From the NCBI GenBank assembly GCA_040387195.1, contig JAZKEF010000012.1, positions 124,455 through 188,454 on the forward strand: a DNA stretch of 64,000 bases, read 5' to 3'. The position numbers and the translations under genes were made by a program. Below the pieces are notes generated by a model, which was not told where the DNA came from, did no database searches, and saw only the letters and a program-made list of their open reading frames with translations. How positions within the stretch are numbered: position 1 is the first letter of the stretch; each line of letters begins with the position of its first letter. Origin of the DNA: Bacteroidota bacterium. GTDB lineage: Bacteria > Bacteroidota > Bacteroidia > UKL13-3. Positions 21,282-31,793 of this stretch are shown one piece after another.

Positions 21282-22421
21282 ATGAAAACTTTTGATGTAT
21301 ATCCCCTGCTCAACGTAGAACCGGTAAGAGCGGAGGGCTCTCATATCTGGGATAAAAACGGCACCCAATATCTTGATCTCTATGGTGGTCATGCGGTCAT
21401 CTCAATCGGACATACCCATCCGCATTATGTTCAGCTATTATCGCAGCAATTAAATCAGATTGCGTTTTACTCCAACTCGGTGAAAATTCCCTTGCAGGAT
21501 GAGTTAGCTGAAAAGCTGGGTTTCTTATCGGGATACACTGACTACCGGTTGTTTTTATGTAACTCGGGAGCTGAGGCCAATGAAAATGCACTTAAGCTGG
21601 CCTCCTTTCACAACCATCGTAAAAAAATTATTGCTTTTCGTCAATCGTTTCATGGCCGAACCTCATTGGCTGTTTCGGCTACTGATGACCCTAAGATAAG
21701 TGCCCCTGTGAATGAGTCTTCCCTTATTACTTTTCTTCCTTTGAACGATGAGGATGCACTCACGCAATACCTTACCAATGATGTATGCGCGGTCATTGTA
21801 GAAGGGATTCAGGGTGTGGGTGGTGTTCATACTGCAGGCACGTCATTCTTGCAGCTGATGCGTAAGTTGTGCAATGAGACCGGTGCTGTGATGATTTTGG
21901 ATGAAGTGCAATCGGGTTATGGTCGTACGGGGCATTTTTTTGCACACCAGCACGCAAATGTAGAAGCGGATCTTATTACCATAGCCAAAGGAATGGGCAA
22001 TGGTTTTCCGGTTGGAGGTGTATTAATCTCACCCAAATTTGAAGCAAAACATGGTATGCTTGGAACAACTTTCGGAGGCAATTACCTTGCTTGTGCTGCA
22101 GCCATTGCTGTACTTGATGTTATTGCCTCCGAGCAACTGATAGGTCATGCCGCAACGATGGGGCAATACATCATGAATGAGGTAAAACGCTTACCCAACG
22201 TGAAGGAAGTCCGTGGTATGGGTCTAATGATTGGAATTGAATTATTTGAACCATGCGCCTCCATACGCAACCAATTATTGCAGGACTATCACATCCTTAC
22301 CGGGGCATCATCCGACAAAAACACCTTGCGCATCTTACCCGCTCTCAATCTTCACAAACGTGATGCCGATGAATTTATCACGGTACTTACACATCTCTTA
22401 TCATTTAAATTTACTCTTTGA
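21282..22421 (+). CDS. argD: Acetyl/succinyl-ornithine aminotransferase (class III)
   Basis: Class-III aminotransferase motifs; operon context. Confidence 0.8.
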   Translation: MKTFDVYPLLNVEPVRAEGSHIWDKNGTQYLDLYGGHAVISIGHTHPHYVQLLSQQLNQIAFYSNSVKIPLQDELAEKLGFLSGYTDYRLFLCNSGAEANENALKLASFHNHRKKIIAFRQSFHGRTSLAVSATDDPKISAPVNESSLITFLPLNDEDALTQYLTNDVCAVIVEGIQGVGGVHTAGTSFLQLMRKLCNETGAVMILDEVQSGYGRTGHFFAHQHANVEADLITIAKGMGNGFPVGGVLISPKFEAKHGMLGTTFGGNYLACAAAIAVLDVIASEQLIGHAATMGQYIMNEVKRLPNVKEVRGMGLMIGIELFEPCASIRNQLLQDYHILTGASSDKNTLRILPALNLHKRDADEFITVLTHLLSFKFTL

Positions 22422-22425
22422 ACAT

Positions 22426-23379
22426 ATGCAACACTTTACTTCAGTACATGATGTACATGATATCAACCACTGGGTTGAACAGGCTCTTCAAATCAAAGCT
22501 AATCCCTATCAATGGCATGAGATGGGTAAGCATAAAACTATTGGCTTAGTGTTTTTAAACCCAAGTTTACGTACGCGTTTAAGCACTCAAAAAGCTGCCA
22601 TGAACTTAGGCATGAACGTGATGGTGATGAACATGGATAAAGAGGGCTGGGCGCTGGAGTTTGGAGATGGTGCTATTATGAATGGTACAACTGTTGAACA
22701 CGTTAAGGACGCTGCTGCCGTGATGGGTCAATATTGCGATATTATTGGCATTCGTTGTTTTCCATCCCTTACAGATAGGAATGAAGATAATAATGAAACT
22801 ATACTGAATAAATTTATTCAGTATGCCAAAGTACCGGTGGTAAGTTTAGAATCGGCTACACGGCATCCGTTGCAAAGCTTTGCAGATATGATTACCATTC
22901 TGGAAAACTGGAAACATACACATAAACCAAAAGTTGTGTTAACGTGGGCGCCACATATTAAAGCGCTCCCACAAGCCGTTCCCAATTCCTTCAGTGAATG
23001 GATGTGCAGGGCCGATGTGGACTTTGTAATTACCCATCCGGAAGGGCTTGAGTTAAACAACCTATTCACGAAGGGGGCAACAATTACACACAACCAACAA
23101 GAGGCTTTACAAGGTTCCGATTTTGTGTATGTAAAAAACTGGTCGGGATACCATGATTATGGTAAACCTTATGAAAACGGAGCTGATTGGCTATTGACCG
23201 AGCAACATTTAGCCTCAAGCAACAATGCTAAACTTATGCACTGTTTACCTGTGCGCAGAAATGTAGAGTTAACAGACGTTTTACTGGACGGCCCCAATTC
23301 ACTTGTATTGCAGCAAGCAGGCAACAGATTATTCGCAGCACAAACTGTTCTTAAAAATATATTGGAGCAGCATGGATAA
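22426..23379 (+). CDS. argF': N-acyl-L-ornithine carbamoyltransferase (argF' type)
   Basis: Transcarbamylase fold with SLRTR in place of the canonical STRTR. Start ATG at 22426; the ORF track extends it upstream into argD. Confidence 0.7.
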   Translation: MQHFTSVHDVHDINHWVEQALQIKANPYQWHEMGKHKTIGLVFLNPSLRTRLSTQKAAMNLGMNVMVMNMDKEGWALEFGDGAIMNGTTVEHVKDAAAVMGQYCDIIGIRCFPSLTDRNEDNNETILNKFIQYAKVPVVSLESATRHPLQSFADMITILENWKHTHKPKVVLTWAPHIKALPQAVPNSFSEWMCRADVDFVITHPEGLELNNLFTKGATITHNQQEALQGSDFVYVKNWSGYHDYGKPYENGADWLLTEQHLASSNNAKLMHCLPVRRNVELTDVLLDGPNSLVLQQAGNRLFAAQTVLKNILEQHG

Positions 23380-24169
23380 ACCTGTTTTACACATCATCAA
23401 GATTGGTGGGAACGTGATTGATGACGAATCCGCATTATCTGCATTTTTGCAACAACTCCAACAATTGAACGACCCTTTTATCCTTGTTCATGGTGGGGGA
23501 AAACTGGCTTCCACCTTGAGCAAGACATTGGGTATTCCGGCACAATTGATAGATGGGAGAAGAGTAACGGATGCGCAAACATTAGATTTGGTTACCATGG
23601 TATTTGCCGGTTTAATTAATAAAAAAATCGTTGCTCAGCTACAGGCATATCAACTCAATGCGATTGGATTGTGTGGTGTGGATGCCAACATCATTCCGGC
23701 AACCAAGCGCAATAACATTCCTGTTGACTTCGGTTTTGTTGGTGATGTAAATCCAGAAAATATCTCAACAGATAATCTGCATGTTTTACTCAACAATAAG
23801 ATGTTTCCGGTTATCGCACCCATTACGCATGATGGTGCCGGACAACTCCTGAATACCAACGCAGATACTATTGCTGCAACTATTGCCATAGCTTTAAGCA
23901 GGCTATACACTACAAAACTATATTACTGTTTTGAGAAAGAAGGCGTGCTGAACGATGTAAATGATAATCACTCATTAATCCCTGAGTTATCTCAGGTAGC
24001 TTATTCAAATCTGAAAAAATCGGAAACCATTTATTCGGGTATGTTGCCTAAGCTAGACAATGCTTTTGATGCTTTAAACAGGAACGTAAACGAAGTATAT
24101 ATTTTACATGCTTTGCAATTTCACCTTTTAATTAACAACACCCATGCTGGAACCAAACTGGTTAGATAG
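23372..24169 (+). CDS. argB: Acetylglutamate kinase family
   Basis: MDKPVLHIIKIGGNVIDD amino-acid kinase fold; overlaps the argF' stop by 8 nt. Confidence 0.8.
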   Translation: MDKPVLHIIKIGGNVIDDESALSAFLQQLQQLNDPFILVHGGGKLASTLSKTLGIPAQLIDGRRVTDAQTLDLVTMVFAGLINKKIVAQLQAYQLNAIGLCGVDANIIPATKRNNIPVDFGFVGDVNPENISTDNLHVLLNNKMFPVIAPITHDGAGQLLNTNADTIAATIAIALSRLYTTKLYYCFEKEGVLNDVNDNHSLIPELSQVAYSNLKKSETIYSGMLPKLDNAFDALNRNVNEVYILHALQFHLLINNTHAGTKLVR

Positions 24170-25220
24170 CGCATATGCGCAAGCGGTCAGTCGGCTGCAG
24201 CAGCTTATTGCAATACCATCATTCAGTAAAGAGGAACAAAGTGTTGTTACACTATTTGAATCCTGGATGAAAGAAGATGGTATCATCTTTCTCCGCGAAG
24301 GCAATAATCTCATAGCAACAACCTTCAACGGAACTAGTACCAAACCAACCATTCTGCTCAATTCACATACTGATACCGTAAAACCCAATGCCGGATATAC
24401 GCGTAATCCATTTGATGCAAGCATTGAAGAACACAAATTATTCGGACTTGGGAGTAATGATGCCGGTGGTGCTCTCATTTGTTTGTATACTGTGTTTAAA
24501 GAATTGTATCGGCAAAATGACTTACCCTTCAATATTATTTTTGCCGCAACGGCCGAAGAAGAAATATCGGGTACAAACGGAATTGAATCAATCCTACCGA
24601 AACTGGGTAATATAGACCTTGCCATTGTTGGAGAACCTACCCTCATGCATTTGGCCATTGCAGAAAAAGGTCTTCTTGTGATTGATTGTGTTGCACACGG
24701 AAAAGCCGGACATGCTGCCCGTAAGGAGGGTAACAATGCCATCTATAACGCACTTAAGGACATTTCCTGGTTTGAGTCTTATTCTTTCCCGAAGATATCT
24801 GAAACGTTAGGAGAAGTAAACATGAGTGTAACAATGATGCATGCGGGAACACAACACAATGTGATTCCAGCCGAATGCTTTTTTACTGTTGATATCCGTT
24901 GTACCGATGCCTACACACATGAGGAACTATTGGTTATCATTAAACACCATGTGCATTGTGAAGTAACTCCCCGCTCCTTGCGATTACGCCCTTCGGGTAT
25001 ACCTGCAACACATCCTGTTGTGCGAGCTGGGTTGCAACTTGGCCGGCAAATCTATGGTTCGCCAACTTCTTCCGATCAGGCATTGATACCCTTTCCTTCT
25101 GTCAAAATAGGACCAGGTGATTCAGCCCGTTCACATCAGGCGGATGAGTTTATTTACCTCGATGAATTGAAAGAAGGCATCCTCATTTACCATCAACTTT
25201 TAACAACCTTACAATTATGA
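24144..25220 (+). CDS. argE: M20-family deacylase, ArgE-like (candidate N-succinylcitrulline desuccinylase)
   Basis: M20 metal-binding motifs (HTDTV, GSNDAGG); operon context. Confidence 0.7.
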   Translation: MLEPNWLDSAYAQAVSRLQQLIAIPSFSKEEQSVVTLFESWMKEDGIIFLREGNNLIATTFNGTSTKPTILLNSHTDTVKPNAGYTRNPFDASIEEHKLFGLGSNDAGGALICLYTVFKELYRQNDLPFNIIFAATAEEEISGTNGIESILPKLGNIDLAIVGEPTLMHLAIAEKGLLVIDCVAHGKAGHAARKEGNNAIYNALKDISWFESYSFPKISETLGEVNMSVTMMHAGTQHNVIPAECFFTVDIRCTDAYTHEELLVIIKHHVHCEVTPRSLRLRPSGIPATHPVVRAGLQLGRQIYGSPTSSDQALIPFPSVKIGPGDSARSHQADEFIYLDELKEGILIYHQLLTTLQL

Positions 25221-26512
25221 AAATCTGGCAAAAAAAACATACCAACACTTCGGCCACAATAGATAAATTTACCGTTGGCCGTGATAAAGAATTTGATCTG
25301 TTGCTGGCAAAATATGATGTTCAGGGTTCTTTGGCTCACGCTCAAATGTTGTACAGCATTGGTTTACTTACCCAACTGGAATGGGAACAAATTGAAATTG
25401 CCTTAACTGCCATTTTGAAAACCATCGAAGTCGAAACTTTTCAATTAGATGAAGAGGTGGAAGATATTCACTCACAAATTGAGTTGATGTTAACGCAACA
25501 AATTGGTGAGACGGGTAAAAAAATTCACAGTGGGCGTTCACGTAACGATCAGGTTTTAGTAGATATCAAACTATACCTACGTGCCGAAACAAAACACCTT
25601 GCTCAACAGGTAAACGGATTGTTTGAACAGTTGCTGCAACTCAGCGATACACATAAAAACAAATTATTACCCGGCTACACTCACTTTCAGCTGGCCATGC
25701 CTTCTTCCTTCGGTTTATGGTTTGCGGCATATGCAGAGAGCCTGCTGGATGATATGGAATGGATTCGGGCTGCATATAATATGAACAATAAAAATCCTTT
25801 AGGTTCAGGAGCTGGATATGGTTCATCTTTCCCTTTAAACAGAACATTAACCACCGAATTGTTGCAGTTTGAAAGCATGAACTACAATGTGGTATACGCA
25901 CAAATGACCCGTGGAAAATCCGAGAAGGCTATGGCTACAGCCTTGGCAGCAGTTGCAGCAACACTTTCCAAATTTGCATATGATGTGTGTTTATATATGA
26001 ATCAAAACTTTGGTTTCATCACTTTTCCGGATGAGCTGACAACAGGTTCCAGTATCATGCCACATAAAAAAAATCCGGATGCATTCGAATTGATTCGCGC
26101 AAAATGCAATCGCATACAAGCCTTACCTAATGAACTCACTTTATTAACCAACAACCTGCCATCGGGTTACCACCGAGACATGCAGCTCACCAAAGAAATC
26201 CTTTTTCCGGCTATTGAAGAACTCCATTCATGTTTAGAAATAACCGGATTTATGTTAGAACACATCATCTTAAAAGAAGATATTTTACATAATGACAAGT
26301 ATGCTCATTTATTTAGTGTTGAACGAGTAAATGAGATGGTGCTAGAAGGAACTCCATTCAGAGATGCATATAAAATGGTTGGACAGGAAATTGAACAAGG
26401 CACATTTAAAGCCCCTGACCAACTAAACCATACACACGAGGGTAGCATTGGCAATCTGTGCAACGATAAGATCCGCGAACAGATGCAGCAATTTCAATAT
26501 CTCTTCCAATAA
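25217..26512 (+). CDS. argH: Argininosuccinate lyase
   Basis: Fumarate-lyase signature GSSIMPHKKNPD; SGRSRNDQV. Confidence 0.9.
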   Translation: MKIWQKKHTNTSATIDKFTVGRDKEFDLLLAKYDVQGSLAHAQMLYSIGLLTQLEWEQIEIALTAILKTIEVETFQLDEEVEDIHSQIELMLTQQIGETGKKIHSGRSRNDQVLVDIKLYLRAETKHLAQQVNGLFEQLLQLSDTHKNKLLPGYTHFQLAMPSSFGLWFAAYAESLLDDMEWIRAAYNMNNKNPLGSGAGYGSSFPLNRTLTTELLQFESMNYNVVYAQMTRGKSEKAMATALAAVAATLSKFAYDVCLYMNQNFGFITFPDELTTGSSIMPHKKNPDAFELIRAKCNRIQALPNELTLLTNNLPSGYHRDMQLTKEILFPAIEELHSCLEITGFMLEHIILKEDILHNDKYAHLFSVERVNEMVLEGTPFRDAYKMVGQEIEQGTFKAPDQLNHTHEGSIGNLCNDKIREQMQQFQYLFQ

Positions 26513-26514
26513 CA

Positions 26515-26545
26515 GAAAAGGCAGCCCAATTGGAGCTGCCTTTTC
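26515..26545. terminator. Bidirectional rho-independent terminator between argH (+) and slyD (-)
   Basis: GAAAAGGCAGC / CCAATTGGA / GCTGCCTTTTC: an 11-bp perfect stem with A- and T-runs on both sides. Confidence 0.7.
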
Positions 26546-26562
26546 TGTTATTTTCGGTATAT

Positions 26563-27042
26563 TTAGTGATGATGCCCGCCCGGACCATGCACATGGCCGT
26601 GGTCCAATTCATCTTTTGTTGCTTCGCGTACATCAAGCACCTCAACATCAAAATTTAATTCAACACCTGCCAATGGATGGTTGCCGTCAACGGTTACTGT
26701 TTCTGAACCTACATTGGTGATGGTTACGATAAAACGTTGCTCTTCCGAACCTGCTTCGAATTGCATACCCGGTTTTACATCCTGTCCGCCAAAAGCACTT
26801 ACCGGAATTTCCTGAACCATACGTTCGTCACGTACACCATATCCTTTATCGGGACTGATTTTAAGGTTGAGTTTATCACCGGTTGTGCGGCCATCCAATC
26901 CTTCTTCCATACCGGGGATTAAGTGACCCAATCCATGAATATACAATAAAGGCTCTTTTCCTGCGCTCGAATCCAGAATGGTTCCGTTATTGTCAGTTAG
27001 GGTGTAGTGGATGGATACCACTTTGTTTAAATCTACTTTCAT
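26563..27042 (-). CDS. slyD: FKBP-type peptidyl-prolyl isomerase SlyD with a His-rich metal-binding tail
   Basis: MKVDLNKVVSIHYTL...; C-terminal HGHVHGPGGHHH. Confidence 0.75.
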   Translation of the reverse strand: MKVDLNKVVSIHYTLTDNNGTILDSSAGKEPLLYIHGLGHLIPGMEEGLDGRTTGDKLNLKISPDKGYGVRDERMVQEIPVSAFGGQDVKPGMQFEAGSEEQRFIVTITNVGSETVTVDGNHPLAGVELNFDVEVLDVREATKDELDHGHVHGPGGHHH

Positions 27043-27136
27043 ACTTATTGTGTTATAGGACGTGTGAATCCTGTTAATTATGTAATTGGGCAGCAAAGGT
27101 GTAATTACTTAGGAAATAAACAAGGGTAAAATGGAA

Positions 27137-30100
27137 TTAATCTTGTGATCGGGTTGCCAAATCCTGATGTGTATTTTCTGTCATCAGTTCCCTGTCGATA
27201 TAAGGCAGACGCTTCAGATAATTTACTTCAATACTTAAGAAATCATACTCTACGGTTACCTTTCCCCTGATGTGGTAACAACCGTTTCCGGTAAACGCAA
27301 ACTGCCTTGCGCTATCGGGAAAATGTACGGTATCAATCCAGTTTCCTTCAATATCCACAAACGTACCAAAATACATGTTCTCCGACTTACTGGTATATGT
27401 CCTTTTTGTATTCACCAAATACCCCACAATACTTACTTCCTTATTGATATGTTCGTTCAGTTCTTTAGCAGTGAGTTTAGATGGCATGCTATCGCGTAAC
27501 AACTCAAATGGAGGACACAATGAAAATCCAAGCAACTCCATTTCATCAAACGCATCATCGAGTGCCGAGCCTGTTAAAGCAGGCAATGAGAAGGATTTAT
27601 ATTGTTTTTTGAACAATTGGTTTCCTGCATCATCCTGCCTTACCGGTTGGATGATAGCATGTGCCTGCCACAACAATTCCTTTTTATTTTTACCCGTAAA
27701 ATTAAACGCACCAACACGGATCAACAGCCGCATCTGTTCGATGGCAATGGGAACACGATCAATAAAATCTTCCATACTTGTGAATAGTCCATGTTTACGT
27801 TCCCGGAGAATCATTTCCCGTGTATGCTCAGTTACTTCTGCAATCATTTCCAATCCGAGGTAAATATCTGTTCCGTTGATGGCAGTATCATCATTGCTAT
27901 TATTTACACAGGGAACATGGATGATGGCACCATGCATGCGGGCTTCATGGATGTATAATTCTTTTCTGTAAAATCCCCCACCGTTGTTAAGTGTTGCCAC
28001 CATATACTCTAACGGATAATATGCCTTTAAGTAGAGTGCCTGGTAACTCTCCACCGCATAACTGGCTGAATGTCCCTTAGAGAAAGCGAAGTTGGCAAAA
28101 CTCTCTATCTGGTTCCATATATCGGTGACTACTTTTTCATCGTGTCCTTTTTGCAAACAATTTTTAAAAAACTGCTCGCGTACTTTAAAAAACTCATTCC
28201 GTTGTTTAAACTTCCAGCTCATACCCCTACGCAGGTAATCGGCTTCGGCCAACGTAAGATCCGCAAACTGATGCGCTACTTTAATCACATCTTCCTGGTA
28301 TACCATTACGCCATATGTTTCTTCCAGGATATCATACAGCTGTGGCAACTTGTTCCGGGCTTTTATCCGCAATTCCTTATTTCTGAACCTATCAATATAT
28401 TCCCGCATCATCCCGCTTTTACTTACCCCGGGACGAATAATGGAACTGGCAGCCACCAATCGCAAATAATCATCAGCCCGCAGCTTGGCCAGCAACATGC
28501 GCATGCCGGGCGACTCTACATAGAAACAACCGATGGCTTTACCTTCGCGCAGTAAGTCTTTTACCTTTTCATCTTCCTTAAATTGTTTCACCTGGTGGAT
28601 ATCAATCTCCACACCTCTGTTTTCTTTAATGATGGTAAGGGCGTCTTTAATTTTCCCTAATCCCCGCTGACTCAAAATATCAAACTTGAACAAACCGATA
28701 TCCTCAGCTTCGATCATACTGAATTGAGTGGTGGCATACCCTTTGGGAGGTAAGTTGGTTGCCGAATAATACGTAATCGGTTTTTCCGAAATCAGGATAC
28801 CACTTGCATGAATACTCAGGTGATTCGGTTTACCGATCAATGTTTGGGCATAATAAAAAAGTGCTTCGGTCAGGTTTCCCTTCGTATAACCTTTCATATT
28901 GGCATAACGCGGGGCCAGTTTTTTCAACTGCTGAATTTCGGCCGGAGGAAATCCAAACACCTTTCCAAGTTCCTGCACAACCGCATCTTTTTGAAATGTG
29001 CTGTATGTTCCCTGTAAAGCTACATTTCCATCTGTACCAAAACGTTCAAAAATATACCGCGTCATATCTTCTCTGTCGCGCCACGAGAAATCAATATCAA
29101 AATCGGGAGCATTGCTACGGTGTTCATTGATAAAACGTTCGAAATACAAATCGAGCTCCAGCGGATCTACATCGGTGATGCCAATTAAATACGCTACCAG
29201 ACTGTTGGCACCACTCCCTCGTCCAACATGGTAATAACCCCTGCTCCTTGCATAGTTTACAATGTCCCAGTTAATCAAAAAATAGGATGTAAACTCTTTA
29301 CCCGCAATAACCTTTAACTCTTTTTTCATCCGTTCTCTGGCTATCTCAGTCTCCTGTGTATCACCATACCGATATTCCAATCCTTTTTCACATTCACTTA
29401 GCAGCAATGCCATATCATGCTCTATGCTGTCGGTATAAAACTGTTTATTCTTGCTTTTGAGCTTACCGTATTCAAAGGTCACACTACAGCTATTGAGCAA
29501 CACCTCTGTATTGGAAAGGATATGCGGGTATTCAGCATAGGCAGCTGATAATACATCGTGCGCAATCATCATTTCATTTCCTTTTGCATGTTCGGTGGGA
29601 GCTAGTTTACTCAACAAGGTATTGGTATCAATAGCCCGCAAGAGCCGGTGCAAACTGAATTCCTTTTTACCTGCAAAACTCACTTCGTGCAATACCACTA
29701 ATTTTGAGGTAAGTTTTTTATAAGGCGAAACAACCAATTGTTTAAGATCGTTCACCGAAACCCCAATGTATTCGTTTTCCCGGAGTGGCCAACCTTTGTA
29801 TCCTGCAAACGGATAAATAATATAGGCATGAAAAAACTCAGGAGCAACAGTATCAAATACTTCACTTGTATGCAAATGTTTGGTTAGATGTTCGTTTAGT
29901 TCTTTAAAGCCTTCATTGTTTTTAGCAAGTCCTACATACTGCTGCTTTACTCCATTTCTGAAATCAATACCAATAACAGGCTTTACGATTTTCCCTTCGG
30001 TAAGTCGCAATGTTTCGAGCACAGCAGAGGTATTATTGATATCCGTTAAAGCAAATATCCGGTATCCGTTATGATAGACTGCTGTAAGTAGTTCCTTAAT

Positions 30101-30151
30101 GGAATAGGTACCATAACCGAAGCTGTAATAGGTGTGGCAGTTGAGCAACAT
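27137..30151 (-). CDS. dnaE2: Error-prone DNA polymerase, DnaE2-type Pol III alpha homologue
   Basis: 1004 aa; PHP N-terminus (LNCHTYYSF); catalytic PDFDIDF; shorter than replicative DnaE; sits next to a Y-family polymerase. Confidence 0.7.
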   Translation of the reverse strand: MLLNCHTYYSFGYGTYSIKELLTAVYHNGYRIFALTDINNTSAVLETLRLTEGKIVKPVIGIDFRNGVKQQYVGLAKNNEGFKELNEHLTKHLHTSEVFDTVAPEFFHAYIIYPFAGYKGWPLRENEYIGVSVNDLKQLVVSPYKKLTSKLVVLHEVSFAGKKEFSLHRLLRAIDTNTLLSKLAPTEHAKGNEMMIAHDVLSAAYAEYPHILSNTEVLLNSCSVTFEYGKLKSKNKQFYTDSIEHDMALLLSECEKGLEYRYGDTQETEIARERMKKELKVIAGKEFTSYFLINWDIVNYARSRGYYHVGRGSGANSLVAYLIGITDVDPLELDLYFERFINEHRSNAPDFDIDFSWRDREDMTRYIFERFGTDGNVALQGTYSTFQKDAVVQELGKVFGFPPAEIQQLKKLAPRYANMKGYTKGNLTEALFYYAQTLIGKPNHLSIHASGILISEKPITYYSATNLPPKGYATTQFSMIEAEDIGLFKFDILSQRGLGKIKDALTIIKENRGVEIDIHQVKQFKEDEKVKDLLREGKAIGCFYVESPGMRMLLAKLRADDYLRLVAASSIIRPGVSKSGMMREYIDRFRNKELRIKARNKLPQLYDILEETYGVMVYQEDVIKVAHQFADLTLAEADYLRRGMSWKFKQRNEFFKVREQFFKNCLQKGHDEKVVTDIWNQIESFANFAFSKGHSASYAVESYQALYLKAYYPLEYMVATLNNGGGFYRKELYIHEARMHGAIIHVPCVNNSNDDTAINGTDIYLGLEMIAEVTEHTREMILRERKHGLFTSMEDFIDRVPIAIEQMRLLIRVGAFNFTGKNKKELLWQAHAIIQPVRQDDAGNQLFKKQYKSFSLPALTGSALDDAFDEMELLGFSLCPPFELLRDSMPSKLTAKELNEHINKEVSIVGYLVNTKRTYTSKSENMYFGTFVDIEGNWIDTVHFPDSARQFAFTGNGCYHIRGKVTVEYDFLSIEVNYLKRLPYIDRELMTENTHQDLATRSQD

Positions 30152-30408
30152 TTGAGAATTGTGATTTTGGAATTGGGAATTGAAAACTGTTAATTATGTT
30201 GACTAGTTGATTGGTGGAAAAGTTACGTGTTGTTTATTCCAGGTTATTTATTGAGAACAGATCTTCGCAGTGTTTACATGCAAGTCTCAGACTTGTTTGT
30301 GTAACTTGTTTGAAGTTGCATACTTCAAACAGCAGTGGTAACATCATAACACAATTAACAGATACCATAATTACCATGCTCCATCAACCAATCACTTTAT
30401 CAACTAGC

Positions 30409-31593
30409 CTATCGCTTAATCCCATTAAACGGATTCATTTCCCTTCGTTTGTAATCTGTTCCAACAGCTCTTGCTACAGCTTCATCACCATATCGTTTTC
30501 TTATTTTATCCATGGCCATATATAATTGAATTTGTTCGGGTGTCTGATCGAAAAGGTTGTACTGATGTCCGCCATGCACCAGGTGACTGAACTTGATTCC
30601 GATTAAGCGGATGAGCATCCGTTTCTGGTAGAGCTTATCAAACAATTCTTTTACTTTATCAATCAGCACATGGTCGAGTGATGTATAGGGAATGCGCGCT
30701 TGCATGGTATATGTATTAAAATCTGAATAGCGGATTTTTACCGTTACACATGCTGTTAATTTTTGTTCGCTGCGCAATTGATATGCTAACTTTTCAGTCA
30801 TACCAATAAGTAGTCCCTTTAACATTTTGATATCAATCGTATCCTGTTCAAAAGTTTGTTCGGTTGAAATCGATTTACGCTCCGAATACGGCACCACGGG
30901 CGAGTTATCAATGCCCTGTGCTTTTCTCCAGATAACAGAACCATTTTCACCCAGCACCTGTTGCAATAACTCCATAGGCATTTCCTGCAGCGTGCGAATC
31001 CACATCACACCCATTCCACGTAATAGCTGGTAGGTTTTATCGCCCACCATCGGAATTTTTTTGATGGATAGCGGTGCTAAAAACTCCTTTTCTGTGCCAA
31101 ACAGAATTTCCTTTTGTCCATTCGGTTTAGCCTCACCTGTTCCCACTTTGGATACCGTTTTATTGGCCGACATGGCAAACGAAATAGGCAGGTTGGTTTC
31201 CTTCATGATTTTTTGCCGTAATTCGGTAGCCAGTTTGTAGCAGCCAAAAAATTTATCCATGCCGGTAAGGTCCATGTAAAACTCGTCAATAGAGGTTTTT
31301 TCATACATGGGAACCGACTCCTTAATGATGTCCGTAATCTGATCGGAGTAATAACTGTATTGAGACGTATCACCACGCACAATAATCGCTTCGGGACAAA
31401 GCAAGCGGGCCTGTCGCATGGGCATGGCCGAATGAATCCCAAATTCGCGCGCTTCGTAACTGCAGGACGCAACAACTCCCCTGTCGCTAGAACCTCCCAC
31501 AAGCACAGGTTTTCCTATCAGTTTCGGATTCACCAATCGTTCCACCGAAACAAAAAACGAGTCGAGATCAATATGTACGATACTGTGGTTCAT
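30409..31593 (-). CDS. dinB: Y-family DNA polymerase (DinB/ImuB-type) with catalytic residues intact
   Basis: IVHIDLDSFFVSVE and SIDEFYMDLT catalytic motifs. Confidence 0.75.
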   Translation of the reverse strand: MNHSIVHIDLDSFFVSVERLVNPKLIGKPVLVGGSSDRGVVASCSYEAREFGIHSAMPMRQARLLCPEAIIVRGDTSQYSYYSDQITDIIKESVPMYEKTSIDEFYMDLTGMDKFFGCYKLATELRQKIMKETNLPISFAMSANKTVSKVGTGEAKPNGQKEILFGTEKEFLAPLSIKKIPMVGDKTYQLLRGMGVMWIRTLQEMPMELLQQVLGENGSVIWRKAQGIDNSPVVPYSERKSISTEQTFEQDTIDIKMLKGLLIGMTEKLAYQLRSEQKLTACVTVKIRYSDFNTYTMQARIPYTSLDHVLIDKVKELFDKLYQKRMLIRLIGIKFSHLVHGGHQYNLFDQTPEQIQLYMAMDKIRKRYGDEAVARAVGTDYKRREMNPFNGIKR

Positions 31594-31600
31594 CGCTACT

Positions 31601-31617
31601 TCCGATAGCTATCGGGA
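31601..31617. repeat. Copy 1 of the perfect palindrome TCCGATAGCTATCGGGA, 8 nt upstream of the dinB ATG
   Basis: Read directly; self-complementary. Confidence 0.8.
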
Positions 31618-31775
31618 TTTTTGTTGTGTAAAAGAGTACCCGTTAGTTACCGCTGAGCAACGCAGAGAATAGTACAGCCATCGAAAAGAGTAATACGCTC
31701 TCCGCGTTGCCCCGCGATAAAAAACATTGTCCATTTCAGAATGCAGGTGAGCAGTAATGAAGCAAGTCAATTGTA

Positions 31776-31793
31776 GCGTCTTATCTCCCGATA
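31776..31793. repeat. Copy 2 of the palindrome TCCCGATAGCTATCGGGA, 114 nt upstream of the lexA-like ATG
   Basis: Read directly; perfect 18-bp palindrome. Confidence 0.8.

Noticed and set aside
24128-24742. 204-aa minus-strand ORF
   Set aside because: Entirely antisense to the argB/argE junction inside a tightly coupled operon.
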